Source: Pseudobdellovibrio sp. HCB154
GTDB lineage: Bacteria; Bdellovibrionota; Bdellovibrionia; Bdellovibrionales; Bdellovibrionaceae
DNA length: 24,000 bases
Direction of reading: 5' to 3'
NCBI RefSeq assembly: GCF_046267985.1
Contig: NZ_CP176530.1
Span: 478,881-502,880, forward strand
Shown in pieces: positions 17,337-24,000 of the stretch. The notes under the pieces were generated by a model. That model saw only the letters and a list, made by a program, of their open reading frames with translations, searched no databases and was not told the origin of the DNA. Both the position numbers and the translations under genes were made by a program. The number at the start of each line of letters is the position of its first letter. Positions within the stretch are counted from its first letter, which is position 1.

Positions 17337-18990
17337 AGTATTATCCGGCCCACAAACCGGACAGATCTTTGATTTAAAGATGGGAAAAAACCTGTTAGGT
17401 CGGGGAATGAGCTGTGATTTTAAAATCACTTCAGGCGGTATTTCGAAAGAGCACTGCGAGATTCACGTATATAAAGATAAAGTGATCGTGGTTGATTTAA
17501 AATCAAGTAACGGAACATTCGTTAATGGCGTAAAAATTCAGAATTCAATTATTAAGTTAGGCGATAAAGTCAGTGTGTTCGACGTAATTATGGATGTAAT
17601 TCCTTCACCGGATATTCGTCCAAAACCATCAGCACCGGCTCCACGCCCGTTAGTGCCGCGCCCACGTCCGCCGGCACAACCAAGACAAATGCCTCCGCAA
17701 ATGTACCAGCAACCCCCAGCATTTCCGACGCAAGGTGGAGCGGCGATGCAAATGCAATATCAGCAGCAAATGCCACCGATGCAAGGTGTGCCGCCACAAA
17801 ATAATTTTGGTGCAGCCGTTGAGCCGCAAAAAACATTGGGTGAGCGCATTGATGACTACATGGAAAATGTAGTGATGCCGGTATTTTATAAAATGTCGGT
17901 GGTGTTTCCATTTAAACAAGTGTTAATGGGCATGATGATTCTCTTTGTGGTGTTTGTCACAATGGCGTCGATTTTTCCTCTGACAACTATTTTAAAAGAA
18001 TCAAATTTTAATGAAGCTTCAAAACGTGCTAAATCTGTGGCGCGTGCCATGGCTCGTATCAATGAGCAGGCACTTCTGTCTGGACAGCTAAATAATCTAA
18101 ATGTCAGTGAAGCTTTAAAAGAAGATGGTATTAAAGAAGCAATCATTATCCAACAAGCTGACGGGGCGATCGTTGCGCCGACAGAAAAAGTGGGTCGTGA
18201 TATGTCTAAGGGCTTTGTGATTCAGGCGCGTAAAGAACCACGTGCCATGGCTGCGCAAGTTGATGATAACACAATTGGCGCAAGTCATCCGATTGCAGCG
18301 TACGATCCATTATCTGGTGAAACAGCCGTTAAATACGTAGCTATCGTATTCTATGATGTCAGTTCATTAAATGTAGATGATGGCCGCGTGGTGAGTTTAT
18401 TCATGCAGACATTAGTTATTTCAGCTCTATTTGGTATTGTTTTATATCTATTATTTGCACGTCTTATCGAATATCCACTGCGTGCTTTGAATAAACAGAT
18501 TGATACGGCCTTACGTGAAAAAACAGATCGCACTGAAGTGGCGTTTGATTATCCAGAGTTACAAAAATCTGTAGCGAATGTGAATTTACTTTTAAACCGT
18601 TTATGGAATGGTTTAAGCGATTCTGAAAACATGAAACCTACGCAAAATCGCGATGTGGAATTTTCACAAATGGTGAATATGATCACGCAACCTGCGGCGG
18701 TGATTAATGTGAGTGGCTCGGTGGTTTCATGCAATCACCAATTTGCAACATTAGTGCAAACATCGCCAGAAGCGTTAGTTTCGCAAAACTACAACACGAT
18801 TGTAGACCCGGCGATGGTGCAAAACATTGAAAGTTTAATTACGCGTGCAAAAGAATCTGTTTATGAAACGCATAGAGATAAAATTCCGTTCTCACAATTT
18901 GAGTGCGAAATTAATTTACAAGCGTTTTTAGACAGTGCCGGTGCACCAGAGTATTTCTTTGTAAGTTTATCTAAGGTGAATCAGGAGTAA
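17323..18990 (+). CDS. FHA - Pro/Gln linker - TM - extracytoplasmic sensor - TM - PAS-like protein
   Basis: FHA: LLGRGMSCDFKITSGGISKEHCEIHVY...VDLKSSNGTFVNG. TMs: VLMGMMILFVVFVTMASIF and FMQTLVISALFGIVLYLLFA. HAMP-like helix. PAS-like: MVNMITQPAAVINVSGSVVSCNHQFATLVQTSPEAL. Overlaps the DUF192 gene by 14 nt. Confidence 0.87.
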   Translation: MWSVRVLSGPQTGQIFDLKMGKNLLGRGMSCDFKITSGGISKEHCEIHVYKDKVIVVDLKSSNGTFVNGVKIQNSIIKLGDKVSVFDVIMDVIPSPDIRPKPSAPAPRPLVPRPRPPAQPRQMPPQMYQQPPAFPTQGGAAMQMQYQQQMPPMQGVPPQNNFGAAVEPQKTLGERIDDYMENVVMPVFYKMSVVFPFKQVLMGMMILFVVFVTMASIFPLTTILKESNFNEASKRAKSVARAMARINEQALLSGQLNNLNVSEALKEDGIKEAIIIQQADGAIVAPTEKVGRDMSKGFVIQARKEPRAMAAQVDDNTIGASHPIAAYDPLSGETAVKYVAIVFYDVSSLNVDDGRVVSLFMQTLVISALFGIVLYLLFARLIEYPLRALNKQIDTALREKTDRTEVAFDYPELQKSVANVNLLLNRLWNGLSDSENMKPTQNRDVEFSQMVNMITQPAAVINVSGSVVSCNHQFATLVQTSPEALVSQNYNTIVDPAMVQNIESLITRAKESVYETHRDKIPFSQFECEINLQAFLDSAGAPEYFFVSLSKVNQE

Positions 18991-18999
18991 GGCTAAGTA

Positions 19000-20259
19000 A
19001 TGTCAACGGCTGAAAAGCTACAACCCGCAGTTCAGATTAAATTGAAAGTGCTGAAAGGACCGCACGAAGGGCAGTCTTTTCATCTTTCAAAGAGCTCATT
19101 TACTGTGGGTCGTGGCCCAGAGAATGAGGTCGTTTTAATTAATGACCCGCAGATCAGCCGTCAGCATGCGCGTTTACAAGTGGTTGGCCAAGATATCGAG
19201 ATCATCAACTTATCTAAGAAAAATAAAGTGATGGTGGGATCAGAAGAAATCCAAAAATGGAAACTGATCAACGATTCAACTTTCATGTTGGGTGATACCG
19301 AAATTCAAATCGCCTTTGAAATTGAAAAATTAACACCGATGACGCCAGGTCCGCAATTAGTGCGCACGGATTTACCGGCTGTGCCCGTGGGGTTAGATCT
19401 GAATCCTCCGCCAGCTCCAGCGGCAACACCGCAAGCGAAAAAAACGCCAGCGATGACTCCGCTGCAACCGCAAGCGCCACGCAAGCGACCGATGCCGCCT
19501 CCGGCAAATCGCCAGCAAGTTCCTGCAAATCGTCAGGGGCAAGTGCAAGCACGCGGTCCGATGCAACCAGGCAGACCAGGCCCGCAAGGGCAGATGATGC
19601 CGCGACCAAATCAGCAAATGGGTCCGCAGTTTATTCCAGAAATGGGAATGGGAGCACCACGCCCAGCTACGAATTCTCAAGCAAATAGTGGTGGTGGATT
19701 ACTGGCTAATCCGAAAGCGCGTTTTTATTTAATTGTTGGAGCGATAGTCTTAGGTCTAGTTTATTGGTTAAATATGGAAGAGCCGAAGAAGCCTCAGTCG
19801 AATGAAATTAAATCGACTCTGAAATACGAAGATGAATATCTTCTTAAGCAAAACTCGGTGGCTGAAAAAGAACTGGACCAAAAGCGTAAGGCAAAACTTG
19901 AACAAAAGATGTCGCCGACAAATTTACGTGTTGAAGAGAACTTTCAAAAAGGCATGCGCGATTATCAGCTAGGTAATTACACGCGTGCCCTAGACTTTTT
20001 TCAGGTGGTGTTAAACTTAGATGCCAGCCATGTGATGGCTCGCCGTCATTTATACTTAGCTAAAATCCGCTTCGATGAGATCGTAAAAGCGAAATTAGCA
20101 CTTGGAGAAAGTTATTATCAGAAGCATAATTTTAAAATGTGCAAGGCGATGTACCAGCAAGTTTTGATTATGCTTCAGGGAAAAAACAACGATCAAAGTT
20201 ATCAAACAGCCCAAAGCATGTCAGAAAAATGTGGTCTGGCCGCTGAGGGAATTCGTTAG
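19000..20259 (+). CDS. FHA - Pro-rich linker - TM - TPR-like protein
   Basis: FHA: FTVGRGPENEVVLINDPQISRQHARLQVVG; linker rich in P/Q/R; TM FYLIVGAIVLGLVYWL; C-terminal TPR (FQKGMRDYQLGNYTRALDFFQVVLNLDASHVMARRHLYLA). Confidence 0.87.
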   Translation: MSTAEKLQPAVQIKLKVLKGPHEGQSFHLSKSSFTVGRGPENEVVLINDPQISRQHARLQVVGQDIEIINLSKKNKVMVGSEEIQKWKLINDSTFMLGDTEIQIAFEIEKLTPMTPGPQLVRTDLPAVPVGLDLNPPPAPAATPQAKKTPAMTPLQPQAPRKRPMPPPANRQQVPANRQGQVQARGPMQPGRPGPQGQMMPRPNQQMGPQFIPEMGMGAPRPATNSQANSGGGLLANPKARFYLIVGAIVLGLVYWLNMEEPKKPQSNEIKSTLKYEDEYLLKQNSVAEKELDQKRKAKLEQKMSPTNLRVEENFQKGMRDYQLGNYTRALDFFQVVLNLDASHVMARRHLYLAKIRFDEIVKAKLALGESYYQKHNFKMCKAMYQQVLIMLQGKNNDQSYQTAQSMSEKCGLAAEGIR

Positions 20260-22341
20260 ATGTCGAGATTAAAAGTATTACTAAGGGGAGCACAGATCAG
20301 TGACTTAAACCTTAGCCCTGACCGTGAATATGTCGGTGGGCGTAAGGAAAGTTGCGATATCCGTTTGCAACCTGAAAAAGGCATCTCGCGCGAACATTTC
20401 AAATTAAAATTTGAAGAAGGCCGTTGGGTTTTAACCTCGTTATCACGTTTCGGCGAAATTTTTTCTGTGGGCCAAAGAGTTGAATCAACGCCTCTTGAAC
20501 ATGGCCAGGTTTTTCAAATTCCACCGTATGAATTTATTTTAAGTGATGTTCCTGATTCGGCCAGCGATTCGGTGAACGCCAGCGAAATGCCTGAGGCCGG
20601 TGAGAATGAACGCACGGTTATCGGTGTTGCTCAACAAGTGCCGTACATCAAAATGATGTCGTCTGACGGGCAAGTGCGCGAAATGCTTCGTCTGGAAGTG
20701 GGCGATGTGTGGGCCGCGGGCCGCGATCCTTCGTGCCAAATTATTATTCCTGATCAACGTGTTTCGCGTCGTCAGTTTGAAGTTAGAAAAATTAACGGCA
20801 TTTACACGATTATCGACTTAACAAGTGTGAACGGAACTTTCTTAAACGGTTCACCAATTTCAAGCACTGATCCACAGCCGTTAAAATCAGGTGATGCGAT
20901 CACGGTTCTTGATAATACAATGTATTTCGAACTTCATGACCCGAACTTTCAATACCGTATGGAACGTATCGAAGTTCCTCCAATGCAAATGGGTGGAGCG
21001 GGCGTTGATGACGTGGTTGAAGAAGTTCCGCTTGAAGAAGTGCCTTACGAAGAAGAATATGATCCGAACCAGGATATGAATTATCCGCAGGAAATTGATC
21101 AAGGTTATTATCAAGATCAATTAAATCCGGATGGTTCACCGTTTACCGGTATGCCGCCAGGCCAAATGCAGGGTGACTACTACACTATGCAAGGGGCCGA
21201 GGGTGTCGCACCTGAACAACAAGGTCCACCACCAAGCCCGATCAAACAGGCTTGGACTCGTTTTAAAAATAACAAGCCGGTATTTTATTCGGTTGTCGCT
21301 TTATTTTTAGTGGGTATGTATTTCTTAAGCGAAATGCTGAATGAACCTACTCCACAAAAAGCAACGCAACAGCAAGCATTTAATCCGGACGATCCCTTAT
21401 CACGTTTAAAACCTGAAGAGCGTGAAAATATCAGTCTCTGGTATAACAATGCCGAAAAAGCTTTACGTCAGCAGGCCTTCACGATTGCTAAAGAAAATTT
21501 AGATAATATTCATAAACTTTTACCTTTAGGTTATAAAGATTCAAAACTTTACGAAGCTGAAGCCTTAAACGGTGAGCAAACTCTTTTAACACAACAAGAA
21601 ACTGAACGTCGTGATAAAGAGCAAGCTGAATTACAGGCTTTAATCAAATCCACTTTGGAAAAGTGTGAAAAATCAATCGTGCCAGAAACAACACCTGAAG
21701 GTTTACAAGAGTGTTTGGCGCCAGTGACAATCAACGACCCGACAAATGCTGACGCCGAAAGAATGATTAGCAAAGTTCGCCAAACGATTGCCGACCGTCA
21801 AGCTAAAGAAGATGCTGAACGTGTGGCTAAACAGCAGCGCGAAGATATGAAAGCTATTTTTGAACGTGCTGAAGAAGTTCATAAAACCGGTTTTCCGAAA
21901 AAAGCGATTAAAGCTTATAACGAAGTTTTAGCCAGCGATTTACCAGATCCAGATGGTTACAAAGATATTTCAAAACAACGTATTAAGTTTATCGAGAAAA
22001 AATTAGCAGAACGTAATCAAAACAACATCAGCAATGCCGAAACTTTCCTTAAAGACGGAAAACTTAAAGAAGGCATTATGGCCTTACGTGCAGCGCTGTT
22101 ATTTGATCCAGATAACCAAACGATCAAAGATAAAATTGAGCGTTATTCAAATGATTTAAGAAACCAGGTTAAGGTGATGTACCAAGAATCCATCATCGAT
22201 GAAAACTTTGGTTACGTAGACGGGTCTGATAATAGACCGGGCGCTAAAGACAAATGGAAAAAAATTATTGAAATCGACCTTGAAGATGGTGATTACTACC
22301 GTAAGGCCTTCATTAAACTTAGACGCTACGGAGTTTTCTAG
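20260..22341 (+). CDS. tandem FHA - TM - coiled-coil/TPR-like protein
   Basis: FHA1: YVGGRKESCDIRLQPEKGISREHFKLKF; FHA2: AAGRDPSCQIIIPDQRVSRRQFEVRKINGIYTIIDLTSVNGTFLNG; TM PVFYSVVALFLVGMYFLSEML; helical repeats follow. Start codon immediately follows the upstream stop (TAG|ATG). Confidence 0.88.
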   Translation: MSRLKVLLRGAQISDLNLSPDREYVGGRKESCDIRLQPEKGISREHFKLKFEEGRWVLTSLSRFGEIFSVGQRVESTPLEHGQVFQIPPYEFILSDVPDSASDSVNASEMPEAGENERTVIGVAQQVPYIKMMSSDGQVREMLRLEVGDVWAAGRDPSCQIIIPDQRVSRRQFEVRKINGIYTIIDLTSVNGTFLNGSPISSTDPQPLKSGDAITVLDNTMYFELHDPNFQYRMERIEVPPMQMGGAGVDDVVEEVPLEEVPYEEEYDPNQDMNYPQEIDQGYYQDQLNPDGSPFTGMPPGQMQGDYYTMQGAEGVAPEQQGPPPSPIKQAWTRFKNNKPVFYSVVALFLVGMYFLSEMLNEPTPQKATQQQAFNPDDPLSRLKPEERENISLWYNNAEKALRQQAFTIAKENLDNIHKLLPLGYKDSKLYEAEALNGEQTLLTQQETERRDKEQAELQALIKSTLEKCEKSIVPETTPEGLQECLAPVTINDPTNADAERMISKVRQTIADRQAKEDAERVAKQQREDMKAIFERAEEVHKTGFPKKAIKAYNEVLASDLPDPDGYKDISKQRIKFIEKKLAERNQNNISNAETFLKDGKLKEGIMALRAALLFDPDNQTIKDKIERYSNDLRNQVKVMYQESIIDENFGYVDGSDNRPGAKDKWKKIIEIDLEDGDYYRKAFIKLRRYGVF

Positions 22342-22343
22342 TC

Positions 22344-22922
22344 ATGAAATCAAAAGTCAGTTCACACAATGGCCAGCAGAAATTTCCACAAACACATGTG
22401 CATAGTCTGTTAAATGATAATTTATTAGTGTGCATTCGTTTATGGAGCGGCCCTGAAGTAGAACAAAAAGCAGTTGATGAAATTCTACGTTACCTTTCAG
22501 CGGCTGATGCGGATCTGGAAGTTACAACGCCGTTTGATTATATCGAAAGTTTATCGTCGCTTGCAAATAAAGTGCGCGTCGCTTTATTACTGGCCAATGA
22601 AGCTTTATACATTGATAACAAAGAAAAATATTCGCAAGGTTTTGAAATTGCAATTTGTTATAAACACAATAAAGAAATCAGCTTAGGTTCGGTGGGGCGC
22701 TTTGCTTTTACAGCAGAAAAGAAAGACAAAAAGTTTTTAATGTTTGAATCAGGTGGCTTTTTAGATGATTTAGTGCTGCTTCCGACAGATCTTTTAGGCA
22801 TTGAACGTGAAGTTGATATTAAGTGCACGTCTGTTTCAACGCGCGATTTATCTTCAATTCAGATTAGTTCTAAGTTTGACCAAAATACATATTGGTCAAC
22901 AACTGTTAGTCAGTTTGACTAG
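22344..22922 (+). CDS. uncharacterised protein at the 3' end of the FHA operon
   Basis: 192 aa, 2-nt gap after the upstream stop; VRVALLLANEALYIDNKEK...LGSVGRFAFTAEKKDKKFLMFE...LPTDLLGIEREVD. Weak, unproven resemblance to a degenerate PP2C-like domain. Confidence 0.8.
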   Translation: MKSKVSSHNGQQKFPQTHVHSLLNDNLLVCIRLWSGPEVEQKAVDEILRYLSAADADLEVTTPFDYIESLSSLANKVRVALLLANEALYIDNKEKYSQGFEIAICYKHNKEISLGSVGRFAFTAEKKDKKFLMFESGGFLDDLVLLPTDLLGIEREVDIKCTSVSTRDLSSIQISSKFDQNTYWSTTVSQFD

Positions 22923-22941
22923 TAGGCCTTTTAAAAGAAAA

Positions 22942-24000
22942 TTATTGCACGAAATTAGGGTCAACGAAGATCAGCGGGTGATACCAGGTTTTATTTTGCT
23001 CATGCAGGCCCCAGATATTTTCCATCGCTAAATTCCAATTAGCGATTTTGATTTCTTCAAAATATTTTTTACGATTTAATTCGTAAGCCAGTTTAGTTTT
23101 TTCAGTATTTAAATCAAACTGCGGAGCATGTTTATATTTTAAATAATCAACGAACAGGCTATCGTGACAAGATTTAAGCTGCGAAATCACCACAGGTGGT
23201 TTGCTAATAAGATTTAGACAACCACTGTAAGCCATATCAAGCTTTATTAAATCCATTTTTTCAATCTGTTTGGCTTTTAATTGCTGGTTTAGCCAGTACA
23301 AATAAAGCGGGTGAGTTTCAGCAATTTTTACAGAAAAGAAATCGGCTGCGGGTAAAGTATTTTTTAAATAGTCTTTGGCCAAAGTCATCCCGTTATCGCC
23401 AGGTTGGGTAATACTTGTCACAAACAAACGGCGCGGGCTTGGAATATCTTGTTCGCTATTTGTTTTGTACAGGTTGACCACTTCAAATTTATCAGTGGCT
23501 AAGCTAAAAACTTCAGTTTCTTCTTTGCGATCAATAATCAGTAAAGTTGGTGTGATGACAGCAAAATTTAATTGCAGCGGTTTTTTAATCCAAGTGTTGG
23601 CGGCTTCAACCAAAAGATAACGGGGATTTGTTTTACTGTCTGCCGAAGCTTCGCTGTAAAACGGTGTTAAATTTAACAGCGGAAAACCTTCTAAAGCCGA
23701 CGGTTCGTCAGCGCCAAAAAAGCTTTTTAAGGTATGCCCGATATCCGCTAAAGAGATGGGGGTATCGTTCTTCCAAGAAATACCCTCATCGCCTGACATG
23801 CGAGGCGGCTTAATTAACAGAGAAACTAACGTGTTTTCAGAGTGAAGATTTAAAAAAGGTGTTTCGTTTAAGCGATTATAGTTGTTGCCACCACGAAGAC
23901 CCACCACATACACATAGGTTTTATCCCAGATGCCACGGTGTTTTAATTCGCTGATAAAATTAAAAAGTTTTTCGTCTAATTTTTCGATATTTGTTGTCGA
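22942..24000 (-). CDS. sulfatase/alkaline-phosphatase-fold protein (partial; 5' end beyond right window edge)
   Basis: The frame is open to the edge: STTNIEKLDEKLFNFISELKHRGIWDKTYVYVVGLRGGNNYNRLNETPFLNLHSENTLVSLLIKPPRMSG...ISLADIGHTLKSFFG follows the sulfatase C-terminal pattern. The track start at 23913 (GTG) is therefore artificial. Confidence 0.65.
   Translation of the reverse strand, partial: STTNIEKLDEKLFNFISELKHRGIWDKTYVYVVGLRGGNNYNRLNETPFLNLHSENTLVSLLIKPPRMSGDEGISWKNDTPISLADIGHTLKSFFGADEPSALEGFPLLNLTPFYSEASADSKTNPRYLLVEAANTWIKKPLQLNFAVITPTLLIIDRKEETEVFSLATDKFEVVNLYKTNSEQDIPSPRRLFVTSITQPGDNGMTLAKDYLKNTLPAADFFSVKIAETHPLYLYWLNQQLKAKQIEKMDLIKLDMAYSGCLNLISKPPVVISQLKSCHDSLFVDYLKYKHAPQFDLNTEKTKLAYELNRKKYFEEIKIANWNLAMENIWGLHEQNKTWYHPLIFVDPNFVQ

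Noticed and set aside
17588-17919. Antisense ORFs (107 aa and 89 aa, minus strand) opposite the Pro/Gln-rich linker
   Set aside because: Both lie opposite a well-supported FHA gene; His/Ala/Trp-rich translations are mirror images of CCN/CAN-rich linker codons.
19283-19680. Antisense ORFs (108 aa and 95 aa, minus strand)
   Set aside because: Same artefact opposite the Pro-rich linker of 19000..20259; compositionally biased, no RBS or family.
1-24000. CRISPR arrays, tRNA/rRNA genes, IS elements, phage modules
   Set aside because: No regularly spaced direct repeats, tRNA-like cloverleaf/T-loop sequences, transposase/integrase motifs or phage structural genes were recognised on either strand by eye; a tRNAscan/ISfinder run would be decisive.

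Overview
The window looks like a chromosomal segment of a moderately AT-rich Gram-negative bacterium. Gene content (DivIVA, Maf/YggS, a TadC-like protein, FHA proteins) would fit a Bdellovibrio-like organism, but that is inference only. Recognisable genes, left to right: a left-edge partial S1/P1-type nuclease (-), TrmO-like tRNA methyltransferase, a 2OG-Fe(II)/isopenicillin-N-synthase-family oxygenase, secreted or anchored hypotheticals including a possible papain-fold/NlpC-like protein, valS (-), a rhodanese-like protein and an MFS transporter (-), a beta-barrel-like outer-membrane protein with a long charged tail, divIVA-proC-[maf::yggS fusion] (-), and a tightly packed six-gene + strand operon (16068..22922). 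The right edge has a partial sulfatase-fold protein (-). The operon encodes TadC/GspF-like, DUF192, FHA-TM-sensor-TM-PAS, FHA-TM-TPR, FHA-FHA-TM-TPR and an uncharacterised protein. It is the best candidate for an undescribed system: several phosphothreonine-reader-like domains anchored across the inner membrane next to an orphan pilus/secretion platform protein. Secondary points of interest are the Maf::YggS fusion, a perfect 12-bp hairpin embedding a start codon (5746..5778), two unannotated small ORFs with good RBSs (3863..3934 -, 12645..12743 +), and a structure-rich intergenic island (12587..13248) with a palindrome, a Fur-box-like site and terminator-like hairpins inside a small ORF.
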